DNA of 64,000 nucleotides from Candidatus Latescibacterota bacterium (GTDB taxonomy: Bacteria > Latescibacterota > UBA2968 > GCA-2709665), in assembly GCA_965205485.1 (NCBI GenBank), contig OZ242180.1:608001-672000 (forward strand), in the 5' to 3' direction. A program made the translations under genes and the position numbers. A model generated the notes under the pieces. The model ran no database searches. It was not told where the DNA came from and worked only from the letters and a program-made list of their open reading frames with translations. Positions 1 to 8,260 of the stretch are shown piece by piece (within the stretch, counting starts at the first letter, position 1; every line of letters begins with the position of its first letter).

Positions 1-937
1 CAGCGAGTTGACGCCTGTCCTGGGGCCGCCTCCGACGTTCGGCGAGTTGCTGCCGTCACCCATGGGCGACCCCTTCCAACCCAACATATATGTCTTTGAC
101 GATCGCTTTGAAAACCCGCGGACGATCAGCCTCAACGCGGGTATCGAGCACGAGTTTCAAACGTCGGGGCTTGTGGGTTCCATCGACTATACCTACGCCC
201 GTACGGACAATCTCACGCGTTTCGTCAACCGCAACGATGCCGCTTTCGGATCTCCCTGGTCAACCGGTCTGGGACCTGACGGGGTCAACGGCATCGGCAA
301 CCTCACCGTTGCCGAAAGTACGGCACGGTCGCGATACCGCGGCCTCAGTCTGGGGCTGCGGCAGATGGCGAACGACAAGCTGCAGTTCCAGGCGAACTAC
401 ACGATGTCCTGGGACAGGTCTGACGACGACAATGAACGTGACCCGTTCACTTACCGCTACGTCGATCCGACCCGGCTGGATAGGGAATGGGGCTGGTCCG
501 ACAGGGACCAGCGCCACCGCTTCAATGCCTGGGCGCTGGCCGTACTGCCCGGCGAGGTCTATATGAACAATCGTATGAGCTTCCATTCACCGCAACCGGT
601 CTCGGCGGCCTGCGGCGGCAACAACCGGGCTTCTTCGAGTCACACGACGAATCCGTGGGGGCCCTCGTCCGATCGCATCTGCGCCGACGGCAGCATCGTC
701 CAGCGCAACACCCTGCGCAGGGAAAACGGGTTCTTCTCGTGGGACGTGCGCCTCACCCGTCCGTTTCCGATGGGTAAAGGTACGCTGGAAGGCATCGTGG
801 AAATCTTCAACCTGCTCAACACGGACAACTACCGCGATCCCTCTACCGCCGGCCTGCTGTTCAACTTCGACGGCACGGTCCAGTCCGGCCTCGGCGACCC
901 CCGCGAAGTCCAGATCGGGATGCGATACGTGTTTTAG
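1..937 (+). CDS. TonB-dependent receptor (Oar-like), C-terminal part, 5'-truncated by the window
   Basis: Beta-barrel-type sequence (FENPRTISLNAGIEHE, QFQANYT, DRDQRHRF, EIFNLLN) ending in terminal aromatic motif QIGMRYVF. Confidence 0.85.
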   Translation, partial: SELTPVLGPPPTFGELLPSPMGDPFQPNIYVFDDRFENPRTISLNAGIEHEFQTSGLVGSIDYTYARTDNLTRFVNRNDAAFGSPWSTGLGPDGVNGIGNLTVAESTARSRYRGLSLGLRQMANDKLQFQANYTMSWDRSDDDNERDPFTYRYVDPTRLDREWGWSDRDQRHRFNAWALAVLPGEVYMNNRMSFHSPQPVSAACGGNNRASSSHTTNPWGPSSDRICADGSIVQRNTLRRENGFFSWDVRLTRPFPMGKGTLEGIVEIFNLLNTDNYRDPSTAGLLFNFDGTVQSGLGDPREVQIGMRYVF

Positions 938-1157
938 CCTCTTTTCACCGCCCAGCATCACACTGACAATTCGGATTCCACATTTCTTTCGATGATGTCG
1001 TACAAGACTTCGCTGAATTTACCGAGATACAGCCTGTCACCCAACGCAACCACCGATATTCGTCGATAATTCGCCATAGGTGTATACAACGTTAGCAGAT
1101 GTCCGGTCCGTACAATATGTCACGTCGTGTCGATAACCTGATAGATTGAGGGAGAAC

Positions 1158-2261
1158 ATGATGACAACGCTGAAGAACGTGGAGATAAAGGGTTTTCGGT
1201 CGATCAAGGAAATGGAATTGGAACTCAGACCGCTCAATGTCCTCATTGGCGCCAATGGAGTCGGCAAGAGCAATCTCATCGCCTTTTTCAAGCTGGTGAA
1301 TGAACTGATGGGAGGACGCCTCCAGCAACACATCGGCACGACGGGTCGTGCCGCGGGTATTTTGCATTTCGGCCCCAGAGTGACCCCGCAGCTGGAAGCG
1401 AAAATGGTGTTCGAGGTGGAGAACGGAATGGACACCTACCATATGAGACTCTTCCACGCCGCGGGCGACTCTCTCATTTTCGCGGAAGAAACGGTTGCGT
1501 TCCATCAGGAAGGTTATCCCAGCCCCAAGACGGTAGAGCTTGGCGTCGGGCATCTGGAAACGAAGATTGGAGAATTGGCGGAACGGGGCGAACCCACGGC
1601 GAGAACGCTCAGGGCATTGTTGAATCGTTGCCGCGTCTATCACTTTCACGATACGTCGCCGACTTCGAGAGTGCGTCAATACGGTTACATGGGAGACAAC
1701 CGCTGGCTCAAGCCCGACGCGGGCAACCTCGCGGCGATGCTTTACGCGCTCAAGTCCACCAGCGAAACCGATTACCGGCGGATTGTCACCACAATCCGTC
1801 AGGTGGCCCCGTTCTTCGATGACTTCGATCTGGAGCCCGCGGAGACGAGAGACATCATCCTCAACTGGCGGCATCGCGAGTCCGACCTTGTCTTTGGCCC
1901 GCACCAGCTTTCGGACGGCACCCTGCGCGCCATCTGTCTGATTTCGCTCCTGTCGCAGCCTGCCGAGAAATTGCCGACCCTGATTGTGGTGGACGAACCC
2001 GAACTCGGACTGGACCCCTGCGCGGTGGACGTGATCGCTTCCCTGTTTCGTTCCGTGAGCCAATATGCCCAGGTGCTCGTCAGCACGCAGTCGAGCGCAT
2101 TCGTCGACAGCTTCGACGCTGACGATATCGTGGTCGTGCAACGAAATCAGGAAGCGACGGAGTTTGAACGACCCCAGGCCGAAGAACTCGACTCTTGGAT
2201 TGAGGAATACGCGCTCGGAGAAATCTGGGAAAAGGAAAGTGCCGGCGAAGAGACGGAGTGA
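1158..2261 (+). CDS. AAA_21/SMC-like ABC ATPase (defence/TA-associated type)
   Basis: Walker A GANGVGKS, signature LSDGT, Walker B VVDEPE, STQS motif; ATG at 1158 after GGAG. Confidence 0.85.
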   Translation: MMTTLKNVEIKGFRSIKEMELELRPLNVLIGANGVGKSNLIAFFKLVNELMGGRLQQHIGTTGRAAGILHFGPRVTPQLEAKMVFEVENGMDTYHMRLFHAAGDSLIFAEETVAFHQEGYPSPKTVELGVGHLETKIGELAERGEPTARTLRALLNRCRVYHFHDTSPTSRVRQYGYMGDNRWLKPDAGNLAAMLYALKSTSETDYRRIVTTIRQVAPFFDDFDLEPAETRDIILNWRHRESDLVFGPHQLSDGTLRAICLISLLSQPAEKLPTLIVVDEPELGLDPCAVDVIASLFRSVSQYAQVLVSTQSSAFVDSFDADDIVVVQRNQEATEFERPQAEELDSWIEEYALGEIWEKESAGEETE

Positions 2262-2320
2262 GGGTACGAATTCTGCAGGAGGATCGAACAGAGTATCTCA
2301 GGAAGGGAATTGCGCTCGAC
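2258..2320 (+). pseudogene. Possible N-terminal remnant of a TOPRIM/DUF4276-like partner of the ATPase
   Basis: GTG overlaps the ATPase TGA; MRVRILQEDRTE resembles a TOPRIM first strand plus acidic motif, then runs into the antisense of the next gene. Confidence 0.35.
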
Positions 2321-2745
2321 TATTCTCGCAAGGCGCCCAAACGACACGCCTCATCCATTTTCGCACGATGGGCAGCGAAGTCACAGTATCGGGAAACCGC
2401 GTACCCTTCACGTGTCGTTGTCGCCGCCAGATCACGGGAAAGGACACGTATGCCGTCGCGCAGCACGTGGTAGTACAGAGCCGGTGGGGCCTGGTTGAGA
2501 ATCAGGAGATCGATGTCGTTGCTATGGAGGCCGGCCATGAGCTCCGTGATGAGTTGCGCCCGATATCCGAATGCGCCCTCTTCAGCGAGTGATTCATCGA
2601 TGTAAACCGCAACGTCGATATCGCTGTGGGGCTGCGCCCGGCCGAGCGCGTGAGATCCGAACAGATACGCCTCAAGAACCTCCGGGCGAGGTTCGAGCAC
2701 CCTCGCGATTCGCTGTTCCAGGTTCTGGCAGGACTTTATTCGCAT
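2320..2745 (-). CDS. Minimal nucleotidyltransferase (MNT/MntA-type antitoxin), no HEPN partner
   Basis: AYLFGS...SDIDVAV and IDLLILNQAPPAL motifs; probable ATG at 2745. Confidence 0.85.
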   Translation of the reverse strand: MRIKSCQNLEQRIARVLEPRPEVLEAYLFGSHALGRAQPHSDIDVAVYIDESLAEEGAFGYRAQLITELMAGLHSNDIDLLILNQAPPALYYHVLRDGIRVLSRDLAATTTREGYAVSRYCDFAAHRAKMDEACRLGALRE

Positions 2746-3021
2746 AATGACAGTCTGTATCGGAAGCGGAAGCCCTTGCCGTAGTGAATTGGGAATGAGT
2801 GGCCAGGGAGTTCGAAAGGCCGACGCCGAATAACTCGACACATGGTTGTAGGATTAGGCGAACGGGGAGACCTCGGAAGAGAACGCCGTCGGAGAAGGGC
2901 CGTATTGAACGTCCTTCCGCAATCGGTACCTATCTAGCATGTCATGAATTCACTTGGCAAGTAAGCGATGAGAATAAAGGGCATTCTGTCGATGTCCATA
3001 CGCGTTGCGACTTGATTTGTT

Positions 3022-3204
3022 ATGAAAAAACTAAAGCCTGACCCGATTATCGCCGAAGTCCGTGCTGTGAGGGATGAACACGCGGCGAGATTCGGCTACG
3101 ATGTCGAAGCCATATTCAAAGATATCCGAGCAAGACAAGGGGCTTCCGGACGCAAGTACGTGCGCTACCCTGCTCGGCGCATATCCACTGAGACGGATAT
3201 ATAA
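3022..3204 (+). CDS. Small antitoxin-like hypothetical protein, family usually next to a PIN toxin
   Basis: DPIIAEVRAVRDEHAARFGYDVEAIF motif. Confidence 0.65.
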   Translation: MKKLKPDPIIAEVRAVRDEHAARFGYDVEAIFKDIRARQGASGRKYVRYPARRISTETDI

Positions 3205-3458
3205 TCGTCCGCTTAAGTCGAGGAACGGATTTTGCGGACGAACACGCGACTTCTCGACGCAAGGTATTGTCGATTGTGACAGTTCACTCCACGGAAAGGG
3301 AGTACCTGTGACATCGGGTGACGGCGTGAACGAAGTTATTTCAGACGAGCAACAACATCGGCGAAACGTGTTGAGAAATACGTTTTTGTGAAATTGCGTT
3401 TCGGTGAGTAAACAGATCGGTTTCTGGGTCGTGACGGAATACGTTAGACGAGGTCGTA

Positions 3459-3677
3459 ATGGGTGCAGGCACTGTTTTTCTGGGATGGATCAATCGAGTA
3501 GTAAGGGGTGGTGAACGTCCGGAGGACGTTATTGCGGAATTTGAAGAGGATAACTCGTGGGAGGGGAGACGGGGCAAACATCTGATGAAAGAATATCGCA
3601 AGGGTAGGATAAAGATGCTTTCGGCAGACGAGACAAGGAAAGTCATTGATGATTTAAGGCGTAAGTGGTCTTCCTGA
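3459..3677 (+). CDS. Small hypothetical protein, putative antitoxin
   Basis: GAGGT RBS; 72 aa; TGATG coupling to a RelE-like start. Confidence 0.45.
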   Translation: MGAGTVFLGWINRVVRGGERPEDVIAEFEEDNSWEGRRGKHLMKEYRKGRIKMLSADETRKVIDDLRRKWSS

Positions 3678-3769
3678 TGGCCCTGTATACGTTGTCGGAC
3701 CGGGCCGTGAAAAATCTTGGAAAGATGTCGCAAAAGGATGCCGTGGACAAGCCAAGGGATTTGGAATAG
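3677..3769 (+). pseudogene. Truncated RelE/ParE-like toxin fragment
   Basis: Reads MALYTLSDRAVKNLGKMSQKDA, then stops after 30 codons where it meets the opposite-strand gene. Confidence 0.45.
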
Positions 3770-4096
3770 CCTCCAAGCCGCCAGCTTTGTAAGTGAAATA
3801 CCCAAGTAATAGGATATTGCAGATTTTTCTGACGGATCGAGGCTCTTATATGCCTCAGTTTTCTCAAGTCTTCCCTGAATCGAAGGAGTCACGTTTGAAG
3901 AAAGAATGGCGGTACGGTAGATCATCTCTAATAGGGATTCATAACCATGTTGAATTACTTCGGTCCAACTCTTACGTCCTACCGTAATTGCCGCCCAGAC
4001 TAACTCAGCCATCGAAATCTCTAACGAATGTGGGCCATTAAGTGGCGACCCCACTTCACCAGTAAATCCAAGCGCGGTATAATCGAGTTTCGGCAT
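3743..4096 (-). pseudogene. 3'-truncated conserved hypothetical protein
   Basis: First ~118 aa look like a real protein (YKSLDPSEKSAISYYLG...PWLVH); the rest of ORF 3341..4096 is antisense of the 3459-3769 genes. Confidence 0.5.
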
Positions 4097-4249
4097 TGTT
4101 CTTGCTTTAAACTTTCAAGAATCAAGCAGGTGTACCCGGCACTCGAGATTTTCGTGTACCATTAATCCAACATCCATCGGCTCGACTATGTCTTCGACAG
4201 GAGCGCCTGCCACTCGTGTTATCGCTCCGGGTCTTCGCTGTTCCGCAAT

Positions 4250-4511
4250 TTACGGATACTCGATCCACTGCCTTCCATCCAGCGTATTGCCACCCGCTAT
4301 CGGCGTTCGTCCGCCCCATTGCTTGAAGAAAAAGGCCACGTGTTGGGTTTCGCACTGATCCCGTAATTCTCGCACCCACTGCGCCTCAACTGGACGAGCT
4401 CTGGGTCCGCTCTCCCCACCCGCAATTACCCAGTGGATGTTTTCCAGATCGACCGTACCCACCGAGCCGAGTAATGGCTCGAATGAGACGAAGCGTACAG
4501 ATGCGTTGGTC
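4250..4511 (-). pseudogene. 3' fragment of a DUF5131 (phage Gp37/Gp68-family) gene
   Basis: NASVRFVSFEPLLG...GGESG...FFFKQWGG; 4253-4511 aligns without gaps to 6976-7234 (about 35 mismatches in 259 nt by hand). Confidence 0.9.
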
Positions 4512-4678
4512 AGGTTGGCCCGATTATCGCCGAAGACCGAGCTATCGGGCATCGGAATTGACGCTGGGTTCTTATTACACGATCGACTTCTCGCCAATAT
4601 TTATCTCCTCTCCGTCCCCTGGCCTTGTTTTCTTGATCAATACGGCATATCTTTTTGTAAAATGGGAGGAGCTGTGTT

Positions 4679-5224
4679 ATGGTGTGGCTTTTTCTATTCA
4701 GTTTAGGAATTGTAGAAGCAAGATGGCATATTCATGGCAGTAGCGATTGGAGCGATCATACTGGAACGCCACGTAGGTCTGTTACTTGCACGACTTGGGA
4801 AAAAGGTCTAAGTGACAAATGGGATCGACCCGTTCTGACCATTTTCAAACAAATGAACGAAGGAAAAATCGACTTGCATGTTATGATGACATCACAGCAT
4901 AGATTAGGTTCATTGGATTCGTATAAGAATAGAGAGCAGCCTGCCGAAGTGTCTTTACAATTCGGTAATGAAACTCCTTTAGTGTTTACAGATTGGACAG
5001 GTATCGTGGTCCTGGGTGTGCCGAATGTTGAATTTGAATGGGTGCATGAGAAATACCGTTGTCCTGATCGATTTATCCCTGAAATCTTGGATAAATTGAA
5101 CACAAATAACTATCAGACATTGCTATTTCAAGTGACTTCTCCCTTTAATCAGCGGAAATGGAAGGTTGAATTTGATGTTCGTAATAGTCGACGTCCGCTC
5201 CGTCGAATTGGATGGAGACAATGA
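4679..5224 (+). CDS. Hypothetical exported protein, low GC
   Basis: GGAGG RBS, hydrophobic N-terminus, 181 aa, AT-rich relative to flanks. Confidence 0.6.
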   Translation: MVWLFLFSLGIVEARWHIHGSSDWSDHTGTPRRSVTCTTWEKGLSDKWDRPVLTIFKQMNEGKIDLHVMMTSQHRLGSLDSYKNREQPAEVSLQFGNETPLVFTDWTGIVVLGVPNVEFEWVHEKYRCPDRFIPEILDKLNTNNYQTLLFQVTSPFNQRKWKVEFDVRNSRRPLRRIGWRQ

Positions 5225-6138
5225 TCTTACTTCTATTGATTATAATTATTGGTGGATCTTGGAGTGAAGAATCAACTTTCGAAGCAGGTGTTTTCAGGAT
5301 ATTTGGAAAAGGGAGCGACAGAATCCCGGAATTAGTGGCGATGGGAGAACGAGCTTTCGAAGAAGCAGTCTTTGCGTTAAATTACCGAGGTTCTGGATTT
5401 CATTCTTCACATGCAATACGTGTGCTTAAAGCATGGATACAGCAAGAAGATAGCTTTCTTCATGCCGACTCAACAAAGCGAGCAATTGCCAGAGAAGCAC
5501 TAATAAGGGCAGCCGCCGCCTATGATCCACACTTAAGGGGCACAGCTGTTGATGCTTTGAAGTATTTCACTGATCCGAAAATTCGCCACATACTGGAATA
5601 CATCAATAAGAATGACCCTGAAATTCGAAGTTGGACAGAACGCGCGCTTGAATACTACAAGGTATATAGTCAACCATTGTCCACGCTAGAGCGCGACTTG
5701 CCCGAGGAATTTCGAATAGATCCAGAGAGTCTACTTGCAGGGTTTCATTCTAGTGCAAAAAGAGTTGGTGAATATCTGAATGAGTTTGCGGATTTTACGG
5801 AAATGCTTGCGCAATATTCAGATTCAGAAAAAATACGAAATTTCGGCAATTTTACATTTCCTGTGTCCAACGATACATTGACGATTAAAGTGCCGGTTGA
5901 TCGACTGGAAAAATACGAAGTCTTAGGATGGACAATACAGAACATCGGATTTCATAATTTGGCATTGGGAGTTGAGGGATATTATCTAGCGACCAAGAAA
6001 GAAATTTTAAAATTGCAGATCGAAAACATGATCTTACGAAATGCTGATGCTGACACTATTCGTCAAATGCAATCCCATTATCGCAAGGCCAAGAGGGAAC
6101 TTGACTATTTCATAGCAACGAACAGCTGGTCGGATTAA
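5212..6138 (+). CDS. Hypothetical exported protein with a HEAT-like helical segment, low GC
   Basis: 308 aa; signal-like ILLLLIIIIGG; DPHLRGTAVDAL...DPEIR HEAT-like pattern. Confidence 0.65.
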   Translation: METMILLLLIIIIGGSWSEESTFEAGVFRIFGKGSDRIPELVAMGERAFEEAVFALNYRGSGFHSSHAIRVLKAWIQQEDSFLHADSTKRAIAREALIRAAAAYDPHLRGTAVDALKYFTDPKIRHILEYINKNDPEIRSWTERALEYYKVYSQPLSTLERDLPEEFRIDPESLLAGFHSSAKRVGEYLNEFADFTEMLAQYSDSEKIRNFGNFTFPVSNDTLTIKVPVDRLEKYEVLGWTIQNIGFHNLALGVEGYYLATKKEILKLQIENMILRNADADTIRQMQSHYRKAKRELDYFIATNSWSD

Positions 6139-6159
6139 TCCAGGAAGAGGACGGCAGCC

Positions 6160-6717
6160 ATGGCTATCTCCAATCCTGTGGTCAAATTTACCTACCAGGA
6201 CTATCTGAATGCGCCGGAAGACAAACGCTTTGAGCTATTGGACGGAGAGTTGATAACGCCCCCCATTCCTGGAGAACTGCACCAGAGTGTTTCCGCCCAG
6301 CTGGGGTGGAGAATGGTCCAATTCGCATCTGAGAACAAGCTGGGACGGGTATACCATGCACCCTTTGACGAAGTGTTATCGGACTCGGACGTCGTGCAGC
6401 CCGACCTGCTCTTCGTCTCGCATGAGCGCAGCCAGATTATTACTCCCGAGAACATACAGGGTGCGCCGGACCTGGTTGTCGAAATCCTTTCACCATCCAC
6501 GGCCACACGTGACAGGACATTCAAACGCACCCTCTATGCCAGGCATGGCGTGAAAGAGTACTGGATGGCGGACACCACCGAAAAAGACGTAGCGGTCCTG
6601 CTGCTAGGCGATCCAGGGTTCGAGGTCGTGGAAGTCTACAGCAGAAGTGAAGTGTTGACTTCGCCCACGTTGCCGGGCTTCAGATTAAGGCTCTACGATA
6701 TATTCGTAACAGCGTGA
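6160..6717 (+). CDS. Uma2 (DUF820) family endonuclease
   Basis: RFELLDGEL, VQPDL, GAPDLVVEILSPST, YARHGVKEYW motifs. Confidence 0.95.
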   Translation: MAISNPVVKFTYQDYLNAPEDKRFELLDGELITPPIPGELHQSVSAQLGWRMVQFASENKLGRVYHAPFDEVLSDSDVVQPDLLFVSHERSQIITPENIQGAPDLVVEILSPSTATRDRTFKRTLYARHGVKEYWMADTTEKDVAVLLLGDPGFEVVEVYSRSEVLTSPTLPGFRLRLYDIFVTA

Positions 6718-6915
6718 GGTCGTGTATCGAGGATTCAGCGGGTCAAGGGTCCCGAAACTGAGACGACGAGGGACCGGTTAATGGTCCCACGTCTCTCGTC
6801 GATCCTTCTGGAAAACGCTTCTCATTCAAATCATCAACAACAAAACCGGGGCTATGCAGTCCCGGCTTTATTAGTAATTCACCCACGGGCCAACATTGAT
6901 CACCTCGAATATGCC

Positions 6916-7689
6916 TTAGACAGGCGCGCCTGCGGCTTGTAACCCTGCACGGAATGGTCTCCCGCGTTCAATCTCCGGAAATTCCATCCACTGCCTTCCA
7001 TCCAGCGTATTCCCGCCCGCTTTTGGAGTTCGCCCACCCCATTGCTTGAAGAAAAAAGCGACTTCCTGGGTTTCACACTGATCCCGTAATTCGCGCACCC
7101 ACCGCGCCTCGACCGGACGGGCTCGAGGTCCGCTTTCCCCACCCGCAATTACCCAGTGAATATCGTCCAGATCGACCGTACCCACTGAACCGAGAAGCGG
7201 CTCGAATGAGACGAAGCGGACCGATGCGTTGGTCTCTTTGAGATGCCTGAGCCGCGTGAGTGCCGCGTCGTTCTCTATGGAGACGCCGAGCCAGATATGT
7301 GACGGCGCGAACCCTCCCGGGTAGCGCTCCCGGACAAAGCGGCGCATCAAGGAACTGCGCTTGGTGAGCACCTGGTAGACGTGCCAGTCGGCGCGTTCCA
7401 TGGTGTCGAAAACGCGATGGATGTACTCCACAGGAATTTCCTTGTGGAAGAGATCGCTCATCGAATTGACGAAAATGAGCTGGGCACGACGCCATTTCAG
7501 CGGCTGTTCCAGGCGCGCGGGTCGCAGGGTCAGATCGAATCCGGTCTCGAACGGATGCCCTTTGACTCCGCGAAAACGCTCGGAAAGCCGTTCTGCATAG
7601 CAATTGTCACAGCCAGCGCTGACCTTCGTGCATCCGGTCACCGGATTCCAGGTGCCGTTGGTCCATTCAATGGCGCTATTGCGGGACAT
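6916..7689 (-). CDS. DUF5131 / phage Gp37-Gp68 family protein (three-Cys motif)
   Basis: IEWTNGTWNPVTGCTKVSAGCDNCYA, FVNSMSDLFH, GGESG, FFKQWGG; ATG at 7689. Confidence 0.93.
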   Translation of the reverse strand: MSRNSAIEWTNGTWNPVTGCTKVSAGCDNCYAERLSERFRGVKGHPFETGFDLTLRPARLEQPLKWRRAQLIFVNSMSDLFHKEIPVEYIHRVFDTMERADWHVYQVLTKRSSLMRRFVRERYPGGFAPSHIWLGVSIENDAALTRLRHLKETNASVRFVSFEPLLGSVGTVDLDDIHWVIAGGESGPRARPVEARWVRELRDQCETQEVAFFFKQWGGRTPKAGGNTLDGRQWMEFPEIERGRPFRAGLQAAGAPV

Positions 7690-7716
7690 GGAGACTCCAT
7701 CTGCGTCAGACAGGAA

Positions 7717-7742
7717 ACATGGATGCACAGGATGAACAGGAT
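7717..7742 (+). repeat. Short dispersed repeat ACATGGATGsACAGGATGrACAGGAT, copy 1
   Basis: 24/26 match to the reverse complement of 10667-10692. Confidence 0.75.
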
Positions 7743-7890
7743 CACACCCGTCCAAGATCGTCTTTTCAAAATAAACGTGGGCAGTGGTGATCGGACCTGA
7801 AAGTCCTACCTTGCGGGCGGCCGCTGAACCTGGCGAAAACCCGAAGGCGTTATTCAGGACACGAGCGCCGTGTGACCGAAGGCAATCTGC

Positions 7891-8152
7891 CCGCCATCAC
7901 GGCATGATCAACCCGTAACCGGAACGAGGGCATCCTGCCCTCGTACTTCGCGTTACCTACCCCAATTCGCGTCGAGGGCAGGATGCCCTAGCTCCCGGGA
8001 ACGCCAACGACACCGGTCCCAAATCGGTTCCTGTCCTGGACAGCCGTGGCCAAAACAAGGTGACCCGCATTGGCATTGTAATACGACTCTCAAGAAAACC
8101 CGGCACTTACGCATCCAAGATCGTCTTTTCCAGTTTATCGTGGACAGCAGTG
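7891..8152. repeat. Dispersed repeat family C with REP-like palindromes, copy 1
   Basis: Colinear with 55924-56258; contains GAGGGCATCCTGCCCTCG and its inverse; ends TGGACAGCAGTG. Confidence 0.85.
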
Positions 8153-8159
8153 TTCAAAA

Positions 8160-8200
8160 ATACTGCACATCAGTATAGTATTTTTCGAGCCTTCTGTCAA
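8160..8200 (-). promoter_or_regulatory. sigma70 promoter for DUF5131 with an overlapping operator-like palindrome
   Basis: Minus strand TTGACA (8200-8195), 17 nt, TATACT (8177-8172); ATACTG-N5-CAGTAT at 8160-8176. Confidence 0.75.
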
Positions 8201-8260
8201 GGTGGGGATTTGTACGATGTGGAAGAACGAGGACTATGAATTTTCGTAATGGGCAGGATA

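Noticed and set aside
1092..2141. 349-aa antisense ORF and similar long shadow ORFs (10665-11975, 14678-15766, 35217-36380, 42585-43532)
   Set aside because: Antisense to well-supported genes, no family motifs; expected in GC-rich DNA
3341..3742. C-terminal half of the 251-aa ORF
   Set aside because: Antisense read-through of the 3459-3769 genes, not protein-like
4512..6900. Integron cassettes in the low-GC insert
   Set aside because: No attC-like RYYYAAC...GTTRRRY pairs found; the hairpin near 6760-6800 is imperfect and single
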